A stretch of DNA of 64,000 bases from Minisyncoccota bacterium (GCA_041664605.1 JBAYKO010000002.1:7453-71452); one strand, 5' to 3'; numbered from the stretch's first letter, positions 1-9,644 are shown. The notes: generated by a model not told the origin, from the sequence alone. Translations and numbers: made by a program.

Positions 1-872
1 TGTGATGAAGTTGAAAGAAATGTTCCTAGCATTTGAGGAAATAATAAAATAGATAAAGCAAAAATGATCGGAATAACCCCAGCTTGGTTTATTCTAAGTG
101 GTATATAAGTTGAAACCCCACCATACATTTTCATTCCTCTGACTCTCTTAGCATAAGTGACAGGAATCGGTCTCTCTGCTTCGGTTACAACAACCACACC
201 AGCAATAATAAAGAGTCCTACCACAGTAAAGAGAATAAATAATGGAATTTGAGATACATCAAAAGAAAAGATTGTCTGACCGACTTGGCTTGGAATAGAA
301 GCCACAATACCCGCAAAAATTATAAGTGAAGTACCATTACTAATTCCGTATTCAGAGATAAGCTCACCAATCCACATTATAAGTATTGACCCAGCAACAA
401 TAACAATTAAACTAGTGGCTTGATCAAACATAGTTAAATCAGCTAATATGCCCTGTTTTTGAAGTAGTGCTATCATTGAAAATCCTTGAATTAGAGCAAG
501 GGGAACAGTAAGTAATCTTGAATATTGAGCAAATTTTTTCTTCCCAGCTTCACCTTCTTCGTGATAAAGCCTCTTTAGAGCAGGGATCATAATAGTTAAA
601 AGTTGCATAATAATCGAAGCAGTAATATATGGTCCAACCCCCATCATAAGAATAGACAAATGAGAAAGACCACCTCCTGAGAATATGTTTAATATTCCAA
701 AGAATTGATTATTGTTTAAAAAATTCTCAAGCTTAATAGCATTAACGCCAGGAATTGGAATCGCAGCCAAAAGTCTAAAGACAATAAGAGCCCCTAACGC
801 AAAAAGTATTTTCTTTCGCAGAACTTTATCTTGGAAAACAACTTTAACTTTATTCCAAAAATTTGTAATCAT
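1..872 (-). CDS. secY: Preprotein translocase SecY, N-terminal ~290 aa; the gene runs off the window start
   Basis: Reverse translation from ATG at 872 gives MITNFWNKVKVVFQDKVLRKKILFALGALIVFRLLAAIPIPG, a typical SecY N-terminus. No stop before position 1. It sits upstream of L15 as in the spc operon. Confidence 0.85.
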   Translation of the reverse strand, partial: MITNFWNKVKVVFQDKVLRKKILFALGALIVFRLLAAIPIPGVNAIKLENFLNNNQFFGILNIFSGGGLSHLSILMMGVGPYITASIIMQLLTIMIPALKRLYHEEGEAGKKKFAQYSRLLTVPLALIQGFSMIALLQKQGILADLTMFDQATSLIVIVAGSILIMWIGELISEYGISNGTSLIIFAGIVASIPSQVGQTIFSFDVSQIPLFILFTVVGLFIIAGVVVVTEAERPIPVTYAKRVRGMKMYGGVSTYIPLRINQAGVIPIIFALSILLFPQMLGTFLSTSS

Positions 873-893
873 ATTTTTATTATATCTTTAAAC

Positions 894-1325
894 CTATTTT
901 ATTTCACCTCCCAAAGCTTCGATCTTTTTTCTTGCTGATTCAGACACTAGGCAATCTGAAATAATTATTTTTTTTGTTAATTCTCCTGTTGCTAAAATTT
1001 TTATCAAACTTATTCTTCCTCCGAGTTTTTTTATAATATTTTTACTAAACAATGAATTAGGCGTAACTTTTTCTCCATCTTTAAAAAGTTTGTCGATGGT
1101 TGAGAGATTAATTGCAACTGGTTTTTGTTGAGTAGTAGTAAATCTGTATCCTCTTTTTTTAGGAATCTTTTTTATTATGTCTCTTAGTTCTGGTCTCTTT
1201 TTTCTTCCAGCTCTTGAGTTCTGTCCTTTGTGTCCCTTGCCAGAAGTTTTACCACGGCTTCCTCCTCTACCGATATACTTTTTCTTTCTATTTTTAGTTT
1301 TTCTTTTTATTTCGTGTAATTGCAT
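894..1325 (-). CDS. rplO: 50S ribosomal protein L15
   Basis: 143 aa, Gly/Lys-rich N-terminus GRGGSRGKTSGKGHKGQ typical of uL15; spc operon position. Confidence 0.9.
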   Translation of the reverse strand: MQLHEIKRKTKNRKKKYIGRGGSRGKTSGKGHKGQNSRAGRKKRPELRDIIKKIPKKRGYRFTTTQQKPVAINLSTIDKLFKDGEKVTPNSLFSKNIIKKLGGRISLIKILATGELTKKIIISDCLVSESARKKIEALGGEIK

Positions 1326-1329
1326 GGTT

Positions 1330-2004
1330 TTATTCTTCTTTTTCTTTTAAATTTTCTGGAATAATATCATCTAAATTAATTTCTTCATCTATAATTGGTG
1401 CTGTATAAACTTTTTCTGTTAGATATGAAAGTGCTTTCATTGTTGCTCTGGCAGTATTATATTTATTTTTACTTCCAGAAAGAACTTTTGAAGTAACATT
1501 TTTAACACCTGCTAAATTCAAAATATCTCTTACAGAACTTCCAGCTACCATTCCCTTTCCTCTGTTTGGCATAATCATGACAACTGAAGCACAGAATTTT
1601 GCTTCAACATCATGAGGAATAGACATCTCTTTTGTTGTTCTAATCTTTATCATGCTCTTTTTTGCGCTTCTTAGGGCCTTTCCAATAGCAAGTGCTGTAT
1701 CCCCGGCTTTTCCAGTTCCAAGACCAACAGAACCCTTTCTGTCTCCTATAACCATAGCAACGCTAAAACTAAATCTTCTTCCTCCTGAAACGACACGAGT
1801 CACTCTTCTTATGCTTATGATTTTTTGATCAAATTCAGGCTTAGCTTTTTCAAAAGACGGTCTTCCACCCCTTCTATCGTTTGATTTTCTGCCATTACTT
1901 TCTCCTGGTTTTCTAGGAGAAAAACCTGGCTTTCTAGGTAGAAATCCTGGCTTACTTCCATTTGTACTTCCTGTGTTTGGTTTTGTATTTTGAACTTTAT
2001 CCAT
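1330..2004 (-). CDS. rpsE: 30S ribosomal protein S5 with ~55-aa N-terminal extension (PRKPGF repeats)
   Basis: Core RVTRVVSGGRRFSFSVAMVIGDRKGSVGLGTGKA matches uS5; sits between L18 and L15, with no L30 gene. Confidence 0.9.
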   Translation of the reverse strand: MDKVQNTKPNTGSTNGSKPGFLPRKPGFSPRKPGESNGRKSNDRRGGRPSFEKAKPEFDQKIISIRRVTRVVSGGRRFSFSVAMVIGDRKGSVGLGTGKAGDTALAIGKALRSAKKSMIKIRTTKEMSIPHDVEAKFCASVVMIMPNRGKGMVAGSSVRDILNLAGVKNVTSKVLSGSKNKYNTARATMKALSYLTEKVYTAPIIDEEINLDDIIPENLKEKEE

Positions 2005-2009
2005 ATTAT

Positions 2010-2354
2010 TTAAAATTTAAGACCATTACTTCTAGCTTCATCAGCAAGAATTTTAATTCTTCCTGTATACTTGAAACCGTTTCTATCAAAAACAACATCT
2101 GAAACCTTCTTTTCTTTAGCGCTTTCGGCAATTAATTTTCCAACTTGCTTTGCTCTTTCTGTCTTTGTGCCTTTTTTAACAGTAATATCAGAAACTGAAA
2201 CTAAAGTATTTCCTTTTACATCATCAATAAGTTGAGCATAAATATAACTATTTGAACGGAAAATAGAAAGTCTAGGTCTTTTTGCAGTCCCAGAAATTTT
2301 TGATCTGATTTTTTTCTTCAATCTTATTCTTTTTTCTGTTTTTTTATTTGCCAT
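2010..2354 (-). CDS. rplR: 50S ribosomal protein L18
   Basis: 114 aa, uL18-like; operon position L6-L18-S5. Confidence 0.88.
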   Translation of the reverse strand: MANKKTEKRIRLKKKIRSKISGTAKRPRLSIFRSNSYIYAQLIDDVKGNTLVSVSDITVKKGTKTERAKQVGKLIAESAKEKKVSDVVFDRNGFKYTGRIKILADEARSNGLKF

Positions 2355-2377
2355 AATACTTTATAACTTTCTACTTA

Positions 2378-2914
2378 TTAAGCAGATTTCTTTCCTTGTT
2401 TTCTTCTAATAACTTCATCAAAATATCTAAATCCTTTACCCTTATATGGTTCTGGTTTTTTAAGTGATCTAACTTTTGCTGCAAATTGTCCAACGCTTTC
2501 TTTATCAATTCCAGAAATTGTAATATTGTTTTTTTCAGCCTTAACTTCAAGGCCGTCTGGAATAGGAACAATAACTGGATGAGAAAAACCGAGTGCAAAG
2601 TTTAAATTTTTTCCAACTACTTCTGATTTAAAACCGATTCCTTCTAAAATTAACTTCTTTTCAAATGGAGTATTTACTCCTAAAATCATATTCTTTAAAT
2701 GTGATCCATAAGTTCCCCATAATGCTCTTGCAAAAATATCACTTTTAACTGGATTAAGGGTTATTTCATTGTTTTCAATTTTAACTTCAATAACATCAAA
2801 TTTGAATTCTCTTTTCAATTCTCCCTTTGGTCCTTTTACAATAATAAAACTGCCATCTTTTTTGACTTCTGTTTTTTCCGGTATTTGAATTATTTGTTTT
2901 CCTACTCTAGACAT
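2378..2914 (-). CDS. rplF: 50S ribosomal protein L6
   Basis: 178 aa with the MSRVGKQIIQIP...KGPKGEL uL6 signature. Confidence 0.9.
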   Translation of the reverse strand: MSRVGKQIIQIPEKTEVKKDGSFIIVKGPKGELKREFKFDVIEVKIENNEITLNPVKSDIFARALWGTYGSHLKNMILGVNTPFEKKLILEGIGFKSEVVGKNLNFALGFSHPVIVPIPDGLEVKAEKNNITISGIDKESVGQFAAKVRSLKKPEPYKGKGFRYFDEVIRRKQGKKSA

Positions 2915-2946
2915 AATTTTTATTATTTATAGTGAGCTCTGTCGAA

Positions 2947-3336
2947 CTACCAAATCTTAAACAATAATTCTCCTCCGACCATTTCCTTTTTAGCTTCTTT
3001 GTCTGTTAAAATTCCTTTTGGGGTTGATAGTACAAAAATTCCAAAACCATTTTTAAATGGTTTGATTTCCTTTACTCCTGCATACATTCTTCTTGATGGT
3101 TTAGAAATTCTTTTTACATCATTAATTCTTGGTTTATCATCTCTGAAGGCAACACCTATTTCCAAAACTGGAAAATCCTTTGTTGTCTTTTTTGTTACTG
3201 ATTTAACATAACCTTCTTTTAAAAGACAATTTGCAATTGCGTGTTTGATTTTTGAATAAGGTACAGTAATAGAATCTCGGGAAGCATTTCCTGCATTTTT
3301 TATCATTATTAACATTGATGAAATTGGATCAGTCAT
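2947..3336 (-). CDS. rpsH: 30S ribosomal protein S8
   Basis: 129 aa MTDPISSMLIMIKNA...SRRMYAG, uS8-like. Confidence 0.9.
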   Translation of the reverse strand: MTDPISSMLIMIKNAGNASRDSITVPYSKIKHAIANCLLKEGYVKSVTKKTTKDFPVLEIGVAFRDDKPRINDVKRISKPSRRMYAGVKEIKPFKNGFGIFVLSTPKGILTDKEAKKEMVGGELLFKIW

Positions 3337-3348
3337 TTTTTTATATTT

Positions 3349-3534
3349 TTACCATGAAGATTTTCTAACACCAGGAACCATTCCTTCATTAGAAAGTTCT
3401 CTAAAACAAATTCGACAAAGACCAAAATCACGCATAAAACCATGCTTTCTGCCACACTTAAAACAACGATTTACTTTTCGCGTACTAAATTTGGGTGTTT
3501 TTTTTGATCTTGCGATAACTGAAGTTTTTGCCAT
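3349..3534 (-). CDS. rpsZ: 30S ribosomal protein S14 type Z (zinc-binding)
   Basis: 61 aa with CFKCGRKHGFMRDFGLCRICFRE zinc ribbon. Confidence 0.9.
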   Translation of the reverse strand: MAKTSVIARSKKTPKFSTRKVNRCFKCGRKHGFMRDFGLCRICFRELSNEGMVPGVRKSSW

Positions 3535-3540
3535 AAAAAT

Positions 3541-3571
3541 TAGGTTCTAGCTTCTAGGGGCTAGGTTCTAG
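3541..3571 (-). repeat. (CTAGAAC)n-type heptad repeat array directly 5' of the rpsZ start codon
   Basis: Minus-sense ACTAGAACCTAGCCCCTAGAAGCTAGAACCTAATTTTTATG. The same heptad array recurs at 19989-20022, 44041-44071, 50771-50800, 55329-55355, 54181-54220 and 61253-61283. Confidence 0.7.
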
Positions 3572-3687
3572 TAAATCAAGATATCTCATTCTTTTTCTTA
3601 AATACTTCAATAAATACGAGTACTTAAGGAGAAGAACGGATCTTTAACCTACCAAACTATATTAGCAAATTTAAAAATGTTGTCAAA

Positions 3688-3855
3688 CCCATTTTAAAAC
3701 CATCAGAAAAGGACGGTCCTTTTCTGATTAAAAAGCAAGTTTGAGAGCAAGTCAATTTTAAAACCCTTCGGGAAGGACCGTTCTTCCCGGATTCTGCGAA
3801 AGTCTTGCTTTCGCAGAATCAACCCATTTTAAAACCCCCTAAATAGGGGGTTTTA
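3688..3855 (-). repeat. Three tandem ~65-70-bp units, each CCCATTTTAAAACC followed by a GC-stem hairpin; the last hairpin is a T-tailed intrinsic terminator
   Basis: CCCATTTTAAAACC at 3688, 3753 and 3823. Hairpins are tcagaaaaggacggtccttttctga, ttcgggaaggaccgttcttcccgg, attctgcgaaagtcttgctttcgcagaat and aaaaccccctaaatagggggtttt. Confidence 0.6.
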
Positions 3856-3866
3856 TTAAAAAACTT

Positions 3867-4697
3867 TTATTTATTCTCGAACTTACGTTCCTTGGTTTCA
3901 GGATCAGTTACTATTCCTCTCTTAAAAACAATCGGACCAACTTTTTCAATTTGTTCTTCTTTTTTATTTTCAATTAAACGATTAAATGGACTATTATCTT
4001 TATTTCTTTGATCGTATCCAATCTTGATAATTTGTTCTTCCATTCTATTAAAAGCAAGTAAAAGATGTATTTTTCTTTCTTTTGGTGACATTTCTTCAAA
4101 ATTTTCATTATGACGTCCCCACCATTCACCTTTATTGTTTGGTTTTGTACCAAAATAACTCCCATTAATCAATTCATATGAGCAATTAGGGCAAATGGTA
4201 GTCTCATAATAAAGTGGTTCCAAACAATTAGAACAAATATTATTTTTTACTTGAAATCCACCATGATACACCCAATTATCTTTAAGGGAGCAAGCAAAAA
4301 TACCGAATTTTTGATGTTTAAACAAGCGACCAGTTTTTATTTTATTTCTTTCACTTCCATAAAGAGTTAAGCAAAATTCCCGTCCCTCTTGTGCTATTTC
4401 TTTTATTTTCTCAATTTCTTTTCTTTCAGAATTGTTTTCTACATCATTTGCTGTGATTGTAATAAATCGGGCAAAATGATAGGCATTCAAAAGATATTTT
4501 CTTTCTTTTGCATACCCATAAAGACTTTTAATCTTAAAGAAAGAATTTTTTTGACGCTCTATATGAGCTTTAAAACTTTTATCAAGATTTGGGAAAAATT
4601 CCGGACCACTTGGATAATGCCTATAAATAAAGAGTGTTTTCCTTATTTCATCTATGTATGAATTCATTAACGTCTGGGCAAATATTCTATTTTCCAT
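3867..4697 (-). CDS. Hypothetical 276-aa protein with a C-terminal CxxC...CxxC zinc ribbon, inserted between rpsZ and rplE
   Basis: Long ORF with CSNCLEPLYYETTICPNCSYE. It has its own upstream motif TTTACTTTTCT and a downstream terminator, and no recognisable family. Confidence 0.6.
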   Translation of the reverse strand: MENRIFAQTLMNSYIDEIRKTLFIYRHYPSGPEFFPNLDKSFKAHIERQKNSFFKIKSLYGYAKERKYLLNAYHFARFITITANDVENNSERKEIEKIKEIAQEGREFCLTLYGSERNKIKTGRLFKHQKFGIFACSLKDNWVYHGGFQVKNNICSNCLEPLYYETTICPNCSYELINGSYFGTKPNNKGEWWGRHNENFEEMSPKERKIHLLLAFNRMEEQIIKIGYDQRNKDNSPFNRLIENKKEEQIEKVGPIVFKRGIVTDPETKERKFENK

Positions 4698-4764
4698 TTC
4701 AATATATTTAATTTACTTTTCTACCCCAACCTTACCACAACCAAATAATTAGTCAATGAAAAAG

Positions 4765-4790
4765 AAAAGCGGCCATTATTGGCCGCTTTT
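4765..4790 (-). terminator. Intrinsic terminator (aaaagcggccattattggccgctttt)
   Basis: GC stem flanked by A/T runs just downstream of the 4796..5269 stop. A degenerate copy lies at 5344-5371 after rplE. Confidence 0.6.
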
Positions 4791-4795
4791 TAACA

Positions 4796-5269
4796 TTAAT
4801 GCATATTTTGGAGAAGTTGATTGAGCGTTTTATCAATATCAGCAACAACGCTTTCTGCTGATTGTTCAAGTATTAAAGCTCTTTCTTCTGATTTCGCTAA
4901 TAATTTATTTTTCTTTCTTAAAGAAGAAGATTCGGTTGCTTTAGAAAGATATTTATTAATTTTCTTTACATCCTTCTTCATTCCTTTTACTTTTTCACTT
5001 AAACTATTAGCAAAGTCAATCATTTGATTAACCGCTTCTTTTTTCTCTATATCTGAATCAGATATTAATTCACTGTAATCTTTGCAAGCAACAACTAATT
5101 TCTTACAGGAATTAGCCGTTGTGTCCAAGCATAATTTTAATGCCTTAATATCCTCCTTTAAAGACCTAATTTCTTCATTAGTATTCTGGTACTGACTTTT
5201 TTTGGCTTGACCAAAGATGTTAACACTGACAACAATTGATAAAATCGCTAAAATTACTAGTTTTTTCAT
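4796..5269 (-). CDS. Hypothetical secreted/lipoprotein-like coiled-coil protein (157 aa), inserted in the spc operon
   Basis: N-terminal signal peptide MKKLVILAILSIVVSVNIFG; the rest is charged and coiled-coil. Confidence 0.55.
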   Translation of the reverse strand: MKKLVILAILSIVVSVNIFGQAKKSQYQNTNEEIRSLKEDIKALKLCLDTTANSCKKLVVACKDYSELISDSDIEKKEAVNQMIDFANSLSEKVKGMKKDVKKINKYLSKATESSSLRKKNKLLAKSEERALILEQSAESVVADIDKTLNQLLQNMH

Positions 5270-5401
5270 TTTTACTGATTTAATGTTCTGTTTGTTTTAT
5301 CTAGTAAACATAATATCATTAAAAATATATTAGTCAAGCCAATTAAAAAACAGCCCTTATGGCCGTTTTTTACTTTACAAACTTTATAACTTTCTACTTT
5401 T

Positions 5402-5947
5402 CTAGTCTTCTTTCTTAAATGGAACTCCAATAGCTTCAAAGAATTTTATTGCTTCTTCTTTACTCTTAGCTGTTGTAACCAATGTAACCCCCATTCCAAA
5501 AACATCTTTTAATTCTTCATCGGCAGTTTCAGGAAAAATTGTATGTTCTTTAATTGAAAAAGTCATATTACCAATATTGTCTACTGATTTTCTGGTTAGT
5601 CCTCTAAAGTCTTTTGTTCTAGGAATAACAATATTAAAAAGCTTATCTAAGAAAGAATACATTCTTCCCCCTCTCAGTGTTACTACAACTCCAACAGGAT
5701 CTCCTTCTCTTGTCTTAAAAGAAGCAATTGATTTCTTGGCTCCCCTAATTGATCCTTTCTGGCCAGTCATCTTTGCTAATCTACCTAAAATAAAATCATT
5801 TCTATTTTTGTCTTTTTTCACACCTGAACCAGTTCCGGAATTTAAAACAACCTTAACCATTTTAGGTGATGCCATTTTATTTTTGTATCCAAAATCTTTT
5901 TTCATTGATTCAAATGCTTTTATTTCTCTTTGTTTTACTGTTTCCAT
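5402..5947 (-). CDS. rplE: 50S ribosomal protein L5
   Basis: 181 aa; MASPKMVKVVLNSGTGSG and the rest match uL5. Confidence 0.9.
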   Translation of the reverse strand: METVKQREIKAFESMKKDFGYKNKMASPKMVKVVLNSGTGSGVKKDKNRNDFILGRLAKMTGQKGSIRGAKKSIASFKTREGDPVGVVVTLRGGRMYSFLDKLFNIVIPRTKDFRGLTRKSVDNIGNMTFSIKEHTIFPETADEELKDVFGMGVTLVTTAKSKEEAIKFFEAIGVPFKKED

Positions 5948-5961
5948 AATTTTATTTGAAA

Positions 5962-6267
5962 TTAAATTTCTTGACCGCTTTTTTTACTGATTCTTACTTT
6001 TTTACCAGCAACTATTTTACTACCAACTCTTGATCTGGTGTTATCTTTTGGATCAACAATCATTACATTTGCAACTTTTATAGGCATAGCAATACTTAAA
6101 ATTTGTCCTTTTTCTCCACTCTTTCTTGGCTTTTGGTGTTTCTTTCTTACATTTATTCCTTCAACAACAATTTTTCCAAGTGCAGGGAAAGCCTTAACAA
6201 CTTTTCCCTTTTTGCCTTTGTCTCCACCAGTAATCACTATTATGTTGTCTCCTTTTTTTATATTCAT
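5962..6267 (-). CDS. rplX: 50S ribosomal protein L24
   Basis: 101 aa with KGDNIIVITGGDKGKKGKV, the KOW motif of uL24. Confidence 0.9.
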   Translation of the reverse strand: MNIKKGDNIIVITGGDKGKKGKVVKAFPALGKIVVEGINVRKKHQKPRKSGEKGQILSIAMPIKVANVMIVDPKDNTRSRVGSKIVAGKKVRISKKSGQEI

Positions 6268-6315
6268 GATTGATTTTTACTTTATAACTTTATGAACTTT
6301 CTACTTTATAACTTA

Positions 6316-6687
6316 CTAAAGTACTTCTGGTGCTAATGAAATAATTTTTTGATAACCTAATTCAGCAAGCTCTCTTGGAATCGGCCCGAATATTCTTCCT
6401 GCTTTTGGATCTTTCTTTCCTTTTTCCAGAATAACAACTGCATTATCATCAAATCTTATATATGATCCGTCTTTTCTTCTGAAAGCTTTTCTTTGTCTTA
6501 CAACTACGGCATGGTGAATATCTTTTTTCTTAACAAGTTTTCTTGGCTCTGCAACTTTAACAGAAATAACAACAAGATCGCCGATTTGTGCATATCTTTT
6601 TTTCGAACTACCAAGAATCTTGAAAACTTTTCCAATTTTTCCTCCAGCATTGTCTGTTATTTTTACTACTGTTTCTGGTTGTATCAT
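6316..6687 (-). CDS. rplN: 50S ribosomal protein L14
   Basis: 123 aa MIQPETVVKITDNAGGK, uL14. Confidence 0.92.
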   Translation of the reverse strand: MIQPETVVKITDNAGGKIGKVFKILGSSKKRYAQIGDLVVISVKVAEPRKLVKKKDIHHAVVVRQRKAFRRKDGSYIRFDDNAVVILEKGKKDPKAGRIFGPIPRELAELGYQKIISLAPEVL

Positions 6688-6691
6688 ATTT

Positions 6692-6949
6692 TTATAAGAC
6701 CTTAAATTTCTTATCTTTAGAAATTGGTCTTGTTTCTATTATTCTTACAACTTCACCGACTTTGTGAATGTTCTCTTCATCATGTGCCTTGTAACGTTTA
6801 TTAATCTTTAAATATTTCTTATATTTTGGATGTTTAACAAAACGAGCAACAGAAACAACTACAGTTTTCTGCATTTTATCGGAAACAATCTTACCTTGTA
6901 AAATTTTTCCTTTTTGTTCTTTTTCTGTTGTTTTGATTTCTTTTGCCAT
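6692..6949 (-). CDS. rpsQ: 30S ribosomal protein S17
   Basis: 85 aa, uS17-like; operon position. Confidence 0.88.
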   Translation of the reverse strand: MAKEIKTTEKEQKGKILQGKIVSDKMQKTVVVSVARFVKHPKYKKYLKINKRYKAHDEENIHKVGEVVRIIETRPISKDKKFKVL

Positions 6950-6969
6950 AATTATTCTTGTCCGATCTG

Positions 6970-7173
6970 CTATGCAGATTTAGGATTATTATTCTTTTGT
7001 TTTGTTATCTCAGTTAAAATTCTAGCGATATTTCTTTTTATTGTCTTTCCTTCTTTAACATTTTTACTCTTACTTCCAGAAACTCCAAATCTAAATGCTT
7101 TCAGCTTGTGTCTCTCTTCTTCTAAGAGTTTTTGTAAATCAGTATTTTTAAGTTCTATTTTATTTTTTGCCAT
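6970..7173 (-). CDS. rpmC: 50S ribosomal protein L29
   Basis: 67 aa helical, between L16 and S17. Confidence 0.85.
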   Translation of the reverse strand: MAKNKIELKNTDLQKLLEEERHKLKAFRFGVSGSKSKNVKEGKTIKRNIARILTEITKQKNNNPKSA

Positions 7174-7177
7174 AAAA

Positions 7178-7603
7178 TTATTCTCTTGCTATAACTTTCG
7201 TCTTAACTGGTAATTTTGTTCCAGCTTTTCGTAAAGCTTCTTTTGCAATTTCTGCAGGAACTCCATCAACTTCAAAAATAACTCTTCCAGCACTTACTTC
7301 AACACAGTATCCCTGTGGATCACCTTTACCCTTTCCCATTCTTACCCCTGCTGCTTTTTGTGTAAAAGGTCTATCAGGAAAAATTCTAATCCAAACTTTT
7401 CCGGCTTTTGTAAGTTTTCTTGTCATTGCCTTTCTAGCTGATTCAATTTGGTTTGACTTGATTCTTGCTGGAGTTGTAGCTTTAAGCCCAAAAGAACCAA
7501 AGCTTACTTTTGATCCTCTCGCTGAAGTAGTGGAAGAAATCTTTTTTGGATTCTTTCTAGCACTTTGCCATTTTCTAAATTTTACTTTCTTTGGGAATAA
7601 CAT
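7178..7603 (-). CDS. rplP: 50S ribosomal protein L16
   Basis: 141 aa MLFPKKVKFRKWQ...GKGKGDPQGY, uL16. Confidence 0.92.
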   Translation of the reverse strand: MLFPKKVKFRKWQSARKNPKKISSTTSARGSKVSFGSFGLKATTPARIKSNQIESARKAMTRKLTKAGKVWIRIFPDRPFTQKAAGVRMGKGKGDPQGYCVEVSAGRVIFEVDGVPAEIAKEALRKAGTKLPVKTKVIARE

Positions 7604-7608
7604 AATTT

Positions 7609-8277
7609 TTATTTCTTATTTTTATCTTCGAAAATTTCTCCTCTATAAATCCAAACTTTAATTCCAATATCTCCATAAGGTAAGTGTCCTTTTTCTCTTG
7701 CAAAATCAACATCAGCTCTAAAAGTTTGAAGTGGAATACTTCCTTTTTTTAATTCTTCTGAACGAGCAATTTCAGCTCCTCCCAATCTTCCTGCAAGTAA
7801 TATCCTTACTCCTTGTACTCCCCTTGAAGACATTACTTTTTCAATTGTTTGTTTCAAAACTCTTCTATAAGGCATTCTTTTTTCTAATCCTTCTGCAACT
7901 GAATAAGCAACTATGTGCGCATCAGAATCTGGAGCAGTAACTTCAACAATATCAATTTTTAAATCTTCCCCTAAAGTAATTTTTTCCTTTCTTAACATTT
8001 TCAATAAATCTTCTTTCAACTTAATAGCACCTTCTCCACTTCTACCAATTATCATTCCAGGTCTTGAAGTTTTGATAACTATTCTTGTTGTTTTTTGATT
8101 TCTTTCAATTTCCACTACTGAAACATAAAAAGTTCTCAATCTTTTTTCAAAAAATCTTCTTATTAAAACATCTTCTTTTAAATATTCTTTATATTTTTTG
8201 TTATCAGCAAACCAAGCTGATTTCCAGCCTCTTAAAATTACTAACCTATGTGCGTATGGGTGAACAACTTTTGACAT
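7609..8277 (-). CDS. rpsC: 30S ribosomal protein S3
   Basis: 222 aa with KH domain GRSGEGAIKLKEDL. Confidence 0.92.
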   Translation of the reverse strand: MSKVVHPYAHRLVILRGWKSAWFADNKKYKEYLKEDVLIRRFFEKRLRTFYVSVVEIERNQKTTRIVIKTSRPGMIIGRSGEGAIKLKEDLLKMLRKEKITLGEDLKIDIVEVTAPDSDAHIVAYSVAEGLEKRMPYRRVLKQTIEKVMSSRGVQGVRILLAGRLGGAEIARSEELKKGSIPLQTFRADVDFAREKGHLPYGDIGIKVWIYRGEIFEDKNKK

Positions 8278-8282
8278 AAATA

Positions 8283-8771
8283 TTATTTGGCCTTTTTAAT
8301 CGGCTTCTTAACTGATTTTTTGGTAACTTGCCCCGCCTTGGCGTGGGTCTTTTCTATATCTTTTTTAGGTTTTAAAATTTTTTCAGCTTTTTTCAATGCT
8401 TTCTTTGCAACCTTCTTTTCTTTCTTTGTTTCTTTAGTACCTACTTGTCTTACCCCAAGAGTAATCACAAGATGACTTGTTCTTTTATTAATTCTTGATG
8501 CTGAACCTCTTGCTCTTGGCATAAACCTTTTATAAACAACACCTTTATCTACTGTGACTTCTTTTACATAAAGCTCATCTTCATTTGCTCCAAAATTATT
8601 CTTTGCGTTAGCTATTGCTGATTTTAAAAGTTGTTTAAATGGAAGAGCTGCTCTTTTAACTAAGAAATCAAGTTCTGTTTCTGCAACTTTTACGTTTTTA
8701 CCTTTTATTAAATTCGCAACTAAACGAACTTTTCTAGGTGATTGTCTGTAGTTTTTAAGTATTGCTTTCAT
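8283..8771 (-). CDS. rplV: 50S ribosomal protein L22 with ~50-aa Lys-rich C-terminal extension
   Basis: 162 aa; uL22 core followed by a K-rich tail. Confidence 0.88.
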   Translation of the reverse strand: MKAILKNYRQSPRKVRLVANLIKGKNVKVAETELDFLVKRAALPFKQLLKSAIANAKNNFGANEDELYVKEVTVDKGVVYKRFMPRARGSASRINKRTSHLVITLGVRQVGTKETKKEKKVAKKALKKAEKILKPKKDIEKTHAKAGQVTKKSVKKPIKKAK

Positions 8772-8780
8772 GATTTAAAA

Positions 8781-9152
8781 TTATTTTTTCTTAGTGTCAG
8801 TTGTTGACTTTGCAGCCTTAGCAGCAGTTATTTCAGCTTCTTTTTTCTTTTGTTCTAATTCTTTCTGCATTTTACCTCCGTGTCTTAGGAATTTCTTTGT
8901 TGCAGAAAATTCTCCAAGTCTGTGACCTACCATATCTTCAGTGGCTAAAACATCAATAAAAAGCTTCCCATTATGAACAGCAAAAGTAAAACCAACCATT
9001 TCTGGTGATATCTGACAGGCTCTTGACCATGTCTTAATAGCGCCGGTTTCAAGCGGTTTTTTGCCTTCTATTTTCTTTAGAAGTCTTTCGTCTACGTATG
9101 GTCCTTTTTTAAGTGATCTTGTCATTTGTAAATTAAAATAAAATAAGCCCAC
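8781..9152 (-). CDS. rpsS: 30S ribosomal protein S19 with C-terminal extension
   Basis: 123 aa; [21 protein letters not shown] and the rest match uS19. Confidence 0.9.
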   Translation of the reverse strand: MGLFYFNLQMTRSLKKGPYVDERLLKKIEGKKPLETGAIKTWSRACQISPEMVGFTFAVHNGKLFIDVLATEDMVGHRLGEFSATKKFLRHGGKMQKELEQKKKEAEITAAKAAKSTTDTKKK

Positions 9153-9247
9153 CTAATACGATTAGGTTATTTTGAGCCTGTTAGTTATCTTAACAAATTT
9201 AAAGATAGTGTCAACTTTATTTATATAAAAACCTATTAATATCTTGG

Positions 9248-9332
9248 GGGGTTGACCCGGCAGTAGAGCTTGGTGATGCTCTTTTAGAGCCGTGCTTTGC
9301 ACATCTCCAAGTCTCACTGCCGGGTTGACATA
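9248..9332. other. Long imperfect hairpin in the enlarged L2-S19 spacer (stem arms GTTGACCCGGCAGTAG / CACTGCCGGGTTGAC)
   Basis: Inverted repeat of about 15 bp; the ~50-nt interior holds a further GAGCTTGG/CCAAGTCTC pairing. A TTGACA...TAAGAT promoter-like sequence lies downstream on the minus strand. Confidence 0.5.
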
Positions 9333-9380
9333 AACTCCCAAAAGGTAATCTTGGGGTAGAAATTCTTTAAATTACATAAA

Positions 9381-9629
9381 ATGGTTGTAATTATTGGTGC
9401 CTTTCTTATCTGCGCAGCACTTTTGATAGTTTCTACACTAACAACTTTGTACTATTTAACACTGTTACATGACGCAGAAAAGAAGAAATTGGGAGAAGAA
9501 ATTATTAATTCTTACAAAAGAGAATACTCTTTTTTTAAGAACATATCTTGGATCTTTTTTTTCATCGCTGGAACATTAGCAGTTTGTCTATTTTTAATAG
9601 ATAAATTCCATATACTAGTGATAAAATAA
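9381..9629 (+). CDS. Small 82-aa two-TM membrane protein encoded antisense inside the L2-S19 spacer
   Basis: Two hydrophobic helices; a terminator follows directly (9645-9670). Confidence 0.45.
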   Translation: MVVIIGAFLICAALLIVSTLTTLYYLTLLHDAEKKKLGEEIINSYKREYSFFKNISWIFFFIAGTLAVCLFLIDKFHILVIK

Positions 9630-9644
9630 TAAAGTTCTTATTGT

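Noticed and set aside
3688-3855. Possible CRISPR array (regularly spaced CCCATTTTAAAACC)
   Set aside because: The repeat is only 14 nt, there are only three copies, and the 'spacers' are themselves hairpins of similar sequence. It is a tandem terminator-like repeat, not a CRISPR array, and no cas genes are present.
2999-8475. Numerous plus-strand ORFs (2999, 5577, 6038, 6493, 6914, 7458, 7731, 7913, 8085, 8287) antisense to ribosomal protein genes
   Set aside because: They overlap well-supported r-protein genes entirely, are low-complexity and lack start contexts. They are antisense artefacts of AT-rich sequence.
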